Source of the DNA: Chiloscyllium plagiosum
Lineage: Eukaryota
Direction: 5' to 3'
DNA: 44,263 nt
Assembly (NCBI RefSeq): GCF_004010195.1
Contig: NC_057758.1
Span: 6,944,311 to 6,988,573 of the forward strand
Shown: piece after piece, positions 1 to 10,875 of the stretch
Position numbering within the stretch: the first letter of the stretch is position 1
Layout: every line of letters begins with the position of its first letter
Notes under the pieces: generated by a model
The model's input: the letters and a program-made list of their open reading frames with translations, nothing else
The model's database searches: none
Told to the model about the DNA's origin: nothing
Position numbers and translations under genes: made by a program

Positions 1-1480
1 TTACATTGGAAACTGAGTGCCTCATGGCCATTACAAGCAAGGAATAAACAAAATCTGTAAACTGAGATATGAGGAAAGTTGAAAAATGTTCATGTGTGCG
101 TGTGAGCGGGAGGGAGAGAGAGGGAGAAAGAGAGACTGACTCAGCTGCATCTTGCAGAAAGGTTAACCGTTTGTGATTTGGTTCGAATGCACATTTGCTT
201 GTTGGTTAATGAATGTTTGTGTTTTGTTGCGTGGAGTTGAGATTTTTGAATTGCATTTCGGGAATTTAATATGATATCTTTTAAGTGTATCGAACCATCA
301 GTGATTCTGAAATGAAATATTATCTCCCCACCCACCTTGTTTTTTACAGGCCATGGCTGCTCTACTGTCAATTTCTAACTAATCCCATTCATGCTTACAT
401 GAAAGCAATTCTATTTTCAATATTTAATGTATTGTAAACCGACATTAACATTTTGATTTAAACAGAAAAAATCCTCCTGAGATTTTGTACTATTTGACAT
501 CAGCATAAACTTGGTCTCAAAATCCCTATTCTTTCATGCGAAAGCAAAAGACCATTTTCACCCCTCCCACACTTACATGTTCGACAAATGAAGGAATAGA
601 CTAAAGGAATTAAAGTAGTAGCGCAAAAGATCGTGACCTCTGGCGCAGAATAATTCTGTTCCAGGATGAGGACAGGTCGCTGCTCAATGTTAATAAAAAT
701 CTAAACCAAGCATTGTGGAAACTCACTTCAGACTTTAACTTTTGATCATTTAGTGGTGGAATTGCATGAACTTCATTTAATTTGCTTAAATATTGTAATG
801 CTGTGAGTATAAAGATAGATCCAAAATATCCCGAACCAACAGGAGTGATTTTAGATAACGATACTAACATGTTTAATGTTGTTTAGGACTCGTTTGTTTC
901 CATTTAATTTGAAAATTGCTGCATCGCATTGGTGATTATGAAGTACTAGTCATTGCTTTATTATTTCTCAATTCCTATCCCACACTGACAATTTCAACAT
1001 TATGTTCTGATAAATCATGTAACAAAATCAATATCCCATTGTTCATATCTGTGCCTTAGAATTCGGCCGTTATTTATGCATTCGAAGTATTATATTACCA
1101 TGTGAGTAGGCAAGAGCTTTTAATGCTGCTTCAGTCATTTCACGGCCTATAGCATTGTGAATGAGCAATGATTGTCAGGCCGACTTATGGAACCTAATTT
1201 GGCATATTAAATAAGGGACTTGAACCAAGTAATTATAATGGATTTCAGAGTTGTTAACTGTGTACATGTTAAAATTGAATTTTGAATAAATAGTTTCCAG
1301 TTTAGTTCAGTTTCCACCTCTGAATTGCAGATAATGATTATTTTTTATTATTTTTAATAACCAATTGTTTTAGCCCTGACTCTCAAAATGTGATTTTATT
1401 GGCAGGACAGATTGTTCTTCAATCCTTACTTGTTTTTATTCCTGTACACATTGTTAGTGACCTTGGATGCATAAATTTAT
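1..1480 (+). repeat. Segmental duplicate of ~7922-9440 (5' part of amplicon unit A)
   Basis: Near-identical colinear sequence, e.g. 'cattggaaa.tgagtgcctcatggccattacaagcaagg' at 4 and 7925, continuing to 'ggatgcataa.tttatt' at ~1465/9425. Confidence 0.95.
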
Positions 1481-2311
1481 TCTGCCATTTCTCAGGCCAT
1501 TGGCCCATCTGGTCCAGATCCTGTTGTAATCTGAGGTAATCCTCTTCGCTGTCTACTACACCTCCAATTTTGGTGTCATCTGCAAACTTACTAACTGTAC
1601 CTCTTATGCTCGCATCCAAATCATTTATGTAAATGACAAAATTGAGAGGGCCCAGCACCGATCCTTGTGGCACTCCACTGGTCACAGGCCTCCAGTCTGT
1701 AAAACAGCCCTCCACCATCACCGTCTGCCTTCTACCTTTGAGCCAGTTCTGTATCCAAATGGCTACTATTACCTGTATTCCATGAGATCTAACCTTGCTA
1801 ATCAGTCTCCCATGGGGAAACTTGTCGAACGCCTCACTGAAGTCCACATAGATCACATCTTACTGCTCTGCCCTCATCAATCTTCTTTGTTACTTCATCA
1901 AAAAACTCAATAGTTTGTTAGACTTGATTTCCCATGCACAAAGCCATGTTGACTATCTCGAATCAGTCCTTGCCTTTCCAAATACATGTACATCCTGTCT
2001 GTCAGGATTCCCTCCAACAACTTGCCCACCACCGAGGTCAGGATCACTGGTCTATAGTTCCCTGGCTTGTCCTTACCGCCCTTCTTAAACAGTGGCACCA
2101 CGTTTGCCACCTCTAGTCTTCCGGCACTTCATCTGTGACTATCGATTATACAAATATCTCATCAAGAGGCCCAGCAATCACTTCTCTCGCTTCCCACAGA
2201 GTCCTCGGGTACACCTGATCAGGTCCTGGGGATCGATACACCTTTAACTGCTTCAAGACATCCAGCACTTCATTCTCTGTCATCTGGACATTTTGCAAGA
2301 TGTCACCATCT
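1481..2311 (-). mobile_element. CR1 LINE ORF2 reverse-transcriptase fragment, decayed (unit A)
   Basis: ORFs 1907-2110 and 1419-1856 give ANVVPLFKKG..PGNYRP, IYVDFSEAFD, GVPQGSVLGP and KFADDTK, the CR1-type RT motifs; split by stops and frameshifts. Confidence 0.95.
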
Positions 2312-2750
2312 AAAGGATGACTTGAGTTTGTCAGCGACTTTCTTGCCTGGTGGGCCTTATCTTTTACTTGTCTACAGCTTGTTTTTATAGAATCTTCTTG
2401 CATACATTTTTCTGAATATTGTCTAATAATTGTAGATTTTTTTGCAGAGGCATGAAGACCATCCCACTAACTGATACTGCTGCTCATATTGTGGTGGACA
2501 CGTCGGAAATATTTCGATTAGTTACCCAAAGCTCATCAAAGTTTACAATCACAGGTACACTAAGCCTCAAAATTAGGAATGGGCAAATGGAAGATCCATT
2601 CCTGGTTCTGCTGGTCACCTGCACAGCGGTCAAGTTCAAGGGGAGGCCCAAATAGATGCGCACAAAACAATGCAAAAGCACTGGAGGAAAACCAGGAGTC
2701 CCCGTCAGAGACATTTGTTCAGCATCCGTCTGCAAATGTCTCAGCCTGAT
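2312..2750 (+). mobile_element. pol: ERV integrase C-terminal remnant (unit A)
   Basis: EDPFLVLLVTCTAVKFKGRPK*MRTKQCK resembles the class I retroviral IN C-terminal motif GP(Y/F)xVLLxTxTAVKVxGxxxWIHASHCK. Confidence 0.75.
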
Positions 2751-3910
2751 CGTCCTTCCTTTCACTACACTCTTTCTGATCTTTCTTTCACTGACTAAGT
2801 TTGGTTGGGAAACAATGGATAACCTGAAAACCTCCAGTTAACAGGAATTACAGTTTAATACTTTTATTTATGCACAGAAGGTCAGCTACTCCCGATGATG
2901 GATGTGTATTCATATTCCTGTCCACCCTTTTGGAGACATTCCCCATTGGCCGTCACACTTCATATCTCTGAGACGGTTGAATGGTGGTTATATCAGACCC
3001 AGCCTGCCGGTGTGATGGTTCAGATTCCCTCTACCCCTCACCACAACAAAACAATAAGGTATATCTGGGAGTCAGCAAGGTATTGTCTGCAGACGGTCAG
3101 GTATGTCTTGAAGTTGCATGTAATTTTGCGCGCATACCCGCTGCCCTGTTCCTTACCAAAACCACAATCCAAGGTGTACTGCGCAGGCTACGATCTGCTT
3201 CAAAAGCAGCCTGCAGAGGGATTGGGAGCTGAGATACAGCACATGCTCCTCCTCTCTGCACATCATTTCTCTTGGCCTGGAAAACATCCTTCCGATCACT
3301 CAGATTCCCAAGAAAAGTGTTCACGGCCACTCCGAGTGGGACTGTCCAGCTGAGCCCAGCCTTCACCTTTTTCTAGACTGGCAACTGCTATTTGGGGTAT
3401 GTGATTCCTTTCCTCTATGAATCCCACTCGTCCTCATTTGAACAGCCTTGGTCTCGCTGCAACAGATCCATTGCCATTTCAAAACAGTTTTTCGGATTTT
3501 TCTCTTCCCTTTTGCAACTGCTCGATACATATTGAAGTAAGGCGCCTGGCCTTACTTCAAACAACACTGCCACAGCCCTTGCTGAGATAAATGCAGAAAT
3601 GGTCACCATTCCCACTATGGCCCTGCAGAACAGGCTGGCCCTGGATTATTTGTGAGATGAGAAACGGAGCACAGGTGCCCTGATAGGCTCTACCTGTTGC
3701 ACCTCCATTCCCTTTGCCACTGAGAACATCACCAATGTTGCTAACCACATCTGTAAAGTAGTCACAGAGCTCCACGAGAACAGTTCCTAGTGGGATTTGT
3801 GGAGCTGGATGGACTGATGGTTCGGGTATGATGAAGTGACCTTGTGCAAGGCCTCATAATCCTCATCGTGGCCATTGCTATCCTAACTATGATTATTGTC
3901 TGTGTCCAAC
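2740..3910 (+). pseudogene. env: ERV env pseudogene, gamma-type (unit A)
   Basis: Hydrophobic leader (LIVLPFTTLFLIFLSL), TGNCYLGYVIP, a degenerate furin-like RCNR|SI site, ISD LQNRLALDYL at 3623-3652 followed by TGA, the CC of CX6CC, and TM anchor GLIILIVAIAILTMIIVCV. Confidence 0.9.
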
Positions 3911-4326
3911 TGGCCAGTGTAAGATTCAATTCCTTGTTTTGGCTCTGGTCCCCAGTGATTCCGCAGATGCCTAGGTTTTCTCTTCCTGATGAAACCCCAA
4001 ATGGCGATTCTCATTACCTGGACCCTTCTGCCCCTTTTCTTACCAATCCCGAGGATGATCTATCCGATCTCCAACTACCATTCCCTGACAATCCCCCTGG
4101 CTCCCAATCCGTTCCTTTCTTTAAAAAAAAAGTAAGGATTGAAGAAGAATTGGCCAAAATTGACACAAAACAGTTAGAAGACATTCGGTCACAAAGCAAT
4201 TTTTGCAGTAAGATTTCGAGCCTTTTAATGAAGTGTGAGAACAATCCCGCTCTGATAATACTCACTGGCAGCTTCAAGATGTCTCGGCTCCTCAGTGTCG
4301 TTAGTTCTATCCCAGAAAATGAATAA
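3844..4326 (+). CDS. Env TM anchor continuing in frame into a long unrecognised tail or 3' accessory ORF (unit A), probably non-functional
   Basis: 160-aa open frame. The same frame is recognisable in units B, C and D. It contains PSAP (4024-4035) and FFKKKVR. Confidence 0.5.
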   Translation: MQGLIILIVAIAILTMIIVCVQLASVRFNSLFWLWSPVIPQMPRFSLPDETPNGDSHYLDPSAPFLTNPEDDLSDLQLPFPDNPPGSQSVPFFKKKVRIEEELAKIDTKQLEDIRSQSNFCSKISSLLMKCENNPALIILTGSFKMSRLLSVVSSIPENE

Positions 4327-4654
4327 TTGTTTCTCTCTGTCCCTTATTGGGAATTCTAGCCTTGCTAAACCCGGAATAAAATATAACATTCAGTCTCGTA
4401 GATATTAAGAAATATTGGTCTGGAAAATGTATGGGAACTTCATGACTGCCCCGAGGGCGCACAATTTATGGGCAGCGAGCTTTGATTATCTATGCAGCCT
4501 GTACCATTTTGTATTTCTGTCGAATTGTGTCGGACTTCACGAAGGAAGATGTAACTCCCTCTGGTCATGGTAAAATTTGTTAATTGTTCGAAGTCTCTAC
4601 CCCTGACTATTTTGGTTTAAACAAGTCACGTCGCTTTTACTTTCTCCCATACTT

Positions 4655-4842
4655 TGACTGACTGAATGGGCGCACTGATTGACTGACGGAAAGAACGCAC
4701 TAACTCACTGAATGATTGTTCTCACTGACTGACAGAATGGAGGTACTGACTGACTGACTGATTGAACTCACAGACTGACTGGTTGACTGACCGAATGGAT
4801 GCACAGGCGACTAACTAAATGGATGCGCCGTCATACTGACTG
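4655..4842. repeat. Degenerate (ACTG)n microsatellite (unit A)
   Basis: Runs of gactgactga; also at ~16727-16917, ~21013-21200 and inverted ~37376-37567. Confidence 0.85.
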
Positions 4843-4889
4843 GATCACCTCTCAGCATCCAACATTCCTGTGAAAATTGCTCCAGCATA

Positions 4890-5170
4890 TTGTTCCTCTC
4901 CCTGTGGCTCAAATCCCAACTCAACATCCTTCAATCTTTTCTGCATTGAACAAAATTTCTCCTCTGCCTGGGAGACCAGAATTGAATGCAGTATTCCAAT
5001 CGTGGTCTAACTAATGTCATGTACAGCCGGAACATGACATCACAACTCCTAGATTCTATATTCTGACCAAGGAAGCCAACCATCCTAACATCTTCTTCAC
5101 CCTCGTCTCCAGGGTCCTGCCATTAATTGTATAAGACCTGTCTTGGGTTGCCTTACCAAACTCAAAATCC
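4890..5170 (-). mobile_element. Old CR1 ORF2 C-terminal fragment (unit A; also ~17000-17245, ~21270-21535 and inverted ~37050-37320)
   Basis: The unit C copy translates as [54 protein letters not shown], a typical CR1 post-RT region. Confidence 0.8.
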
Positions 5171-5199
5171 ATCGCACACCTATCGGAGCATCTGATGAA

Positions 5200-5332
5200 G
5201 GAGGAAGTGAGGACTGCAGATGCTGGAGATCCGAGTTTGCCACTGAGAAAGTACAGTACGTCAGGCAGCATCCGAGTAGCAGGACAATGGACATTTTGGG
5301 CATAATCACTGCCTGACATTCCTGATGAAGGG
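5200..5332. mobile_element. Penelope-like terminal-repeat remnant (unit A; also ~17278-17410, ~21560-21700 and inverted ~36875-37015)
   Basis: 'aagtgaggactgcagatgctggagatc...gtcaggcagcatccgag.agcagga...cattcctgatgaaggg' matches the abundant shark Penelope-associated repeat as I recall it. Confidence 0.6.
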
Positions 5333-5671
5333 ATCAACTGCCTTATCCATGTCTGCTGGCCCTGGATCTAACATCGCAAGATCTTCGATGGCACCAACAT
5401 ACTCACTGTCCCCATTTACAGTGGATGGTTAAGTTCCCGATGCTCTGCTCTGCCTTCCTTCCCACTCCAGCCTCCCATGGTCCCACCGCTTCCTTTCCAG
5501 TTCTCCAACGCTTTATCCTCTCTGTTCCAACTGCCCTCACCGTCTCTAGCTTTGCAGCCACATTCTGCTCCATTTGGGCACCAACTGGTGTTTCTAACCC
5601 AGACCCCAGCCCTCTGGCACAGCCCGACCTGCTACACGTTTCCGGGCTGACACATACTGCCCATCCGATCT

Positions 5672-6171
5672 NNNNNNNNNNNNNNNNNNNNNNNNNNNNN
5701 NNNNNNNNNNNNNNNNNNNNNNNNNNNNNNNNNNNNNNNNNNNNNNNNNNNNNNNNNNNNNNNNNNNNNNNNNNNNNNNNNNNNNNNNNNNNNNNNNNNN
5801 NNNNNNNNNNNNNNNNNNNNNNNNNNNNNNNNNNNNNNNNNNNNNNNNNNNNNNNNNNNNNNNNNNNNNNNNNNNNNNNNNNNNNNNNNNNNNNNNNNNN
5901 NNNNNNNNNNNNNNNNNNNNNNNNNNNNNNNNNNNNNNNNNNNNNNNNNNNNNNNNNNNNNNNNNNNNNNNNNNNNNNNNNNNNNNNNNNNNNNNNNNNN
6001 NNNNNNNNNNNNNNNNNNNNNNNNNNNNNNNNNNNNNNNNNNNNNNNNNNNNNNNNNNNNNNNNNNNNNNNNNNNNNNNNNNNNNNNNNNNNNNNNNNNN
6101 NNNNNNNNNNNNNNNNNNNNNNNNNNNNNNNNNNNNNNNNNNNNNNNNNNNNNNNNNNNNNNNNNNNNNNN
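5672..6171. other. Assembly gap (500 N)
   Basis: Run of N. Confidence 1.
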
Positions 6172-7035
6172 CTTCCCTCGCTCATGTGATGAGTCTGCCA
6201 CTTTATAAAGCTAGTTTTGGAGCTGTTTTTATTTTTAACAGTTATTAAAGGCAATGGTGACGGAGAGTATAGCTTAATAGTTGGATAGCTCTGGCCAGGA
6301 CTCATGGTCATGGCTTTTTGCAGTTTGGTTTAGCTGTAGCAGTCAAAAAGATACTGAGTACATGGGAGTCGCAAGCTGCTTTGAAGAATTCCTCTGACTT
6401 TCTTCAGAAGTATTTTTCTGCATATTGTTCCTCCTGCCTGCAAGAATTTGTTTGAATTTTCCCTTTTTACAAGAATTCCGTTTATGGAATGCTTCTGTTT
6501 TTGAACAGTTAATTATTGCTTGTTACTGTAGCGGGTCGTTTAAATTTTGCAACAGTGCAGTTATTCTAAATTCCTCTTTCTATTTTGTTCTTCTTCCAAC
6601 TGTTGTGCTTAAATGAATTCTGTTCTGTATAAAGCCGAGTCGTCTGATCCGTTGCATTCTGGTGGAAACACAACTCACGTCTGCCTTTAAAATGAGGAAA
6701 CGTTAGTTTTGACACAAACTTCTTAAAATATATTCCAGTGTTCTGGCAATTTGAAGGCTGATGTCGAGATAGATTGTGTAATTCAAAATTCAACTTTGTG
6801 ATTGTTGGACATAAAGATGGCTAGTGGGGAGTGTTTCTGTCTGTTGTTCCCGGAGTTGAATACGGTTGGTTTGAACAGTGCTTTCTGAACTATTGGCTCG
6901 TTCAGTCGCGAAGAGTTTTCTGATAGTGGAAGAATGGGTTTCAGAAAAGTTGCGCAAGGGAATGCTGTTGGAATTGGCAGCCAAGCTGAATTTGCACTTG
7001 CCTTCGTCTGTGCAAGATGGAGCTATAATTGCAGA
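6172..7035 (+). mobile_element. Probable Gypsy-type LTR/leader plus gag N-terminal fragment
   Basis: ARSVAKSFLIVEEWVSEKLRKGMLLELAAKLNLHLPSSV (~6895-7010) resembles fish/shark Gypsy gag N-termini from memory; the upstream T-rich non-coding stretch is LTR-like. No TG..CA ends or PBS confirmed. Confidence 0.45.
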
Positions 7036-7108
7036 AAATTACAGGAGAATTGAGAGCTGCGCCCACGCCAGTTTGTCTTTGTGTGTTTTTGTTCGTTCTC
7101 TTTTGCAG

Positions 7109-7933
7109 GTTATAGGTTCATACCACGGCTACTGAGGATTCATGGGGTTTGTTAATTTCAAACGTTATGTGGAATGACTGCCCCATATTCGCTTTGTCCT
7201 GTTTTAAAGGGAGTCCAGGTCCTCTGGGTCTGTCCAGAAAGACCCTGAAGGACCAAGGTAAATCCGAATATCACAGGAACACGGTAGGAGATACCCTGGT
7301 TCTGCCAGTTCACTGGCCAATCTTGTTGGAGAAATGAAAAAAAGAGGGCGATTGCTGCTTTGGTCTCGTCCAAAAAAAAAAATCGAAATTTGGCCAGGGA
7401 CAAAAAAATGCTGTTGGGAATGCTGATGTAATTCTCGCTCCACAGCCGCAAGATGCTCATGTGTGTACTCAACAGGGCCCTATTGTCCGGATTGTGCTGT
7501 TGAAAGCATCTTAACGTTTTCAAAATTAGTAAAAACAAATTTGCTTTCCCCACGATTATGAAATATTTGATAAGCCCCAGACTCACTCTGAGGTATGCAG
7601 CGTGCTTCAAGAAACCCCGATCCATTCAATTGCCCAACATTATTTTCAATTAGCTCGTGCAAATCTTTAGTAATTATAGTTGCTTGCTTCAGGATGTCCA
7701 GGTTTCACGAGATTTGCCACACGGGACACATTGTGTATCTATTAAGGACTCCATTGCATTTCCCCTGGGTTGCAGACTAATGCACCGGCACGAACATCTT
7801 GCTTTGAAAATGTTGTTAAAATTGCGAATGGAACGTCTGGGAGGTATTTAGATTTTGCCCACGTGGTTAAGCAACTATGTTTCACTGCCAAGATTTATGA
7901 GGCTAATCTCCCTAAGTTTGATTGCATTGGAAA
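7109..7933 (+). pseudogene. Putative decayed coding exon of an unidentified gene
   Basis: Strong acceptor 'tgtgtttttgttcgttctcttttgcag|' ending 7108 and donor 'aaa|gtgagt' at 7934; protein-like stretches in between are broken by stops and frameshifts. Confidence 0.3.
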
Positions 7934-8410
7934 GTGAGTGCCTCATGGCCATTACAAGCAAGGAATAAACAAAATCTGTAAACTGAGATATGAGGAAAGT
8001 TGGAAAATGTTCATGTGTGCGTGTGAGCGGGAGGGAGAGAGAGAGAGAAAGAGAGACTGACTCAGCTGCATCTTGCAGAAAGGTTAACCGTTTGTGATTT
8101 GGTTCGAATGCACATTTGCTTGTTGGTTAATGTTTGTGTTTTGTTGCCTGGAGGTGAGATCCAGGAGTGTTTTGAATTTGAATTGCATTTCGGGAATTTA
8201 AGATGTTATCTTTTAAGTGTAAAGAACCATCAGTGATTATGAAATAAAATATTATCGCCCCACCACCTTGTTTTTTACAGGCCATGGCTGCCCTACTGTC
8301 AATTTCTAACTAATCCCATTCATGCTTACATGAAAGCAATTCTATTTTCAATCGAAATCAGTTTAATGTGTTGTAAACCGACATTAACATTTTGATTTAA
8401 ACAAAAAGAA

Positions 8411-8845
8411 TCCTCCTGAGATTTTGTACCATTTGACATCAGCATAAACTTGGTCTCAAAATCCCTATTCTTTCATGCGACTGCCAAAGACCATTTTCAC
8501 CCCTCCCACACTTACATGTTCGACAAATGAAGGAATAGACTAAACGAATTAAAGTATTGGCGCAAAAATCTAGACCTCTGGCGCAGACAAATTCCGTTCC
8601 AGGATGAGGACAGGTCGCTGCTCAATGTTAATAAAAATCTAAACCAAGCATTGAGGAAAATTACTTCAGACTTTAACTTTTGATCATTTAGTGGTGGAAT
8701 TGCATGAACTTCATTTAATTTGCTTAAATATTGTAAAGCTGTAAGTGTAAAGATAAATCCAAAATATCCCGAACCAACAGTAGTGTTTTTAGAAAACGAT
8801 ACGAACATGTTTAATTTTGTCTCAGACTCGTTTGTTTCCATTTAA
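8411..8845 (+). pseudogene. Putative decayed terminal coding exon of an unidentified gene (duplicate at ~466-907)
   Basis: About 145 codons of AT-rich DNA whose only internal stops are four TGA (consistent with CGA CpG decay); acceptor 'ttttgatttaaacag|' intact in copy A; AATAAA at 9223. Confidence 0.4.
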
Positions 8846-9439
8846 TTTAAAGATTGCTGCATCGCATTGGTGATTATGAAGTACTAGTCATTGCTTTACT
8901 ATTTCTCAATTACTCTCCCTCACTGACAATTTCAACATTATGTTCTGATAAATCATGAAACAAAATCAATATCCCATTGTTCATATCTGTGCCTTAGGAT
9001 TCGGCCGTTATTTATGCATTCGAAGTATTATATTACCATGTGAGTAGGCAAGAGCTTTTAATGCTGCTGCAGTCATTTCACGGCCTATAGCATTGTAAAT
9101 GAGCAATGATTGTCAGGCCGACTTATGGAATCTAATTTGGCATATTAAATAAGGGACTCGAACCAAGTAATTATAATGGATTTCAGAGTTGTTAACTGTG
9201 TACATGCTAAAATTGAATTTTGAATAAATAATTTCCAGTTTATATTCTACTTGTTCAGTTTCCAACTCTGAATTGCAGATAATGATTATTTTTTATTATT
9301 TTTAATAACCAATTGTATTAGCCCTAACTCTCAAAATGTGATTTTATTGGCAGGACAGATTGGTTTTATTCCTGTACACATTGTTAGTGAGCTGTGCCAT
9401 TGTCTCGTGGTTAATTTGAAGCATGGATGCATAACTTTA

Positions 9440-10875
9440 TTGCTAATTAAAGATTGGAAAGATACCTTAATTGCCAGTTGAAGAAATTCCCCATATGATT
9501 GAGGCATGGAGGTATGTTAAGCAAATGGAAATCTCAAAAGCTGAGAGATGTTCATAGCTGACTGTGGATGGCTAGATGGAAAACAAATGAATCAACAGAA
9601 ACAGTATAAGGTCAATAAGGCAGAGGAATATGCAAAAAAGATTTCAAACAACAATGCTGCAAAATAAAGAACTTACTGTTTACTCGGAACACCGAGGCTA
9701 CGTCTGGCATACCGACCCTATTGGAGAATGGGAATGACACTAATCGGGATAAGGCATGGGAATTTTATACCAAGATTTATGGGCGGCACGGTTCAATTCC
9801 CGCCTCAGGCGACTGACTGTGTGGAGTTTGCACATTCTCCCCGTGTCTGCGTGGGTTTCCTCCGGGTGCTCCGGTTTCCTCCCACAGTCCAAAGATGTGC
9901 AGGTCAGGTGAATTGGCCATGCTAAATTGCCCGTAGTGTTAGGTAAGGGGTAAATGTAGGGGTATGAATGTGTTGCGCATCGGCGGGTCGGTGTGGACTT
10001 GTTGGGCCGAAGGGCCTGTTTCCACACTGTTGTAATCTAATCTAATCTAAAGCACACCCTCTAAGCCCCGAACATCTCCTGATTTCCCTCAACACATTCC
10101 TCATTACAAACGTTTCCTTCTTTTGAAAATTAAGCGTCAAGTCTTCATAGCAGATATCAAGAGGATGATTGGCCTGAGCCAATCTAAAGCCCGGGCCATC
10201 CCGTGAATCAGAGTTACGTTAATGAAGCATGACCCTGACTGCAAGAACACACCGTCCTAATTTTCTCAACCCGTCCGAATGTTGATACAAATGTAAAGAC
10301 AGCAAAATTCTGGGAGTGGCCTGAGCACAAATGGCTTTTGCTATGAGACTGAAATAAGCAACCATCTGTCTGATGGAAGTGGAATACAGCCCAGATTCGA
10401 AAAAACAACCGAGAATGCATCACCTTTGTTTAACACTATGCTTTTGCAATGTATTCCTTCTGGTGTCGCCAACATGAACTAAGCAATATGAGATAATCCA
10501 GGATTTCCTAATCACAAATGAGTTGAGTCGTAGATTTCTATTGTAATGGCCAGAACAAGAGTGAAGCACGATGCAAGTTACAGCGAAAATTGATTCTATC
10601 CAGCACCCTTGCGATCCCAAATGCCACATGCCAATCCTGACATTGTTGTTTGGGACAGGATACCTACCTGAAATGCCCACCCAGCGGCCACTGCTGATCA
10701 ACCCTTTCCTGATGGGAACCTGGATGTGGGGAAGACAGGCCCTTGGACTACATCTTTTGAACGAGGAACATGACCACGAAATCCCGAAGTACAAATGGCT
10801 GGCCCTTGCTTTAAATGTGGAAATGTGGCCATTGGGGAGTAATGTCCTTAATGTTAAGTTGGATCTAACACAGGG
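9440..10875 (+). pseudogene. gag: ERV gag remnant, interrupted by a SINE; 5' boundary uncertain
   Basis: Capsid-like AFAMRLK...ENASPLFNTMLLQCIPSG (~10330-10465) and a frameshifted zinc knuckle AGPCFKCGNV(G)HW..CP at ~10798-10850. Confidence 0.65.
9781..10050 (+). mobile_element. HE1-family V-SINE with an internal deletion in the tRNA-derived head
   Basis: Starts gggcggcacggt; V-domain 'ctccccgtgtctgcgtgggtttcctccgggtgctccggtttcctcccac'; CR1-derived 3' end 'gggccgaagggcctgtttccacactg'; (TCTAA)n tail. Confidence 0.92.

Noticed and set aside
2895..3353. 152-aa ORF repeated at 14966-15424 as an independent gene
   Set aside because: It is a mosaic of env SU frames (the CWxC motif is in another frame) and is broken in units C and D.
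4655..4842. CRISPR-like or satellite array
   Set aside because: Degenerate tetranucleotide repeat without repeat-spacer structure, in eukaryotic context.
5403..6311. Long ORFs in the track spanning N runs (also 21792-22866, 31089-31783, 41941-42663)
   Set aside because: Artefacts of translating assembly gaps.
8512..8841. 109-aa minus-strand ORF also seen at 610-870
   Set aside because: Frameshifted between the two copies and has no recognisable motif; the plus-strand frame explains the region better.
9781..9810. tRNA gene
   Set aside because: It is the deleted tRNA-derived head of a SINE and cannot form a cloverleaf.
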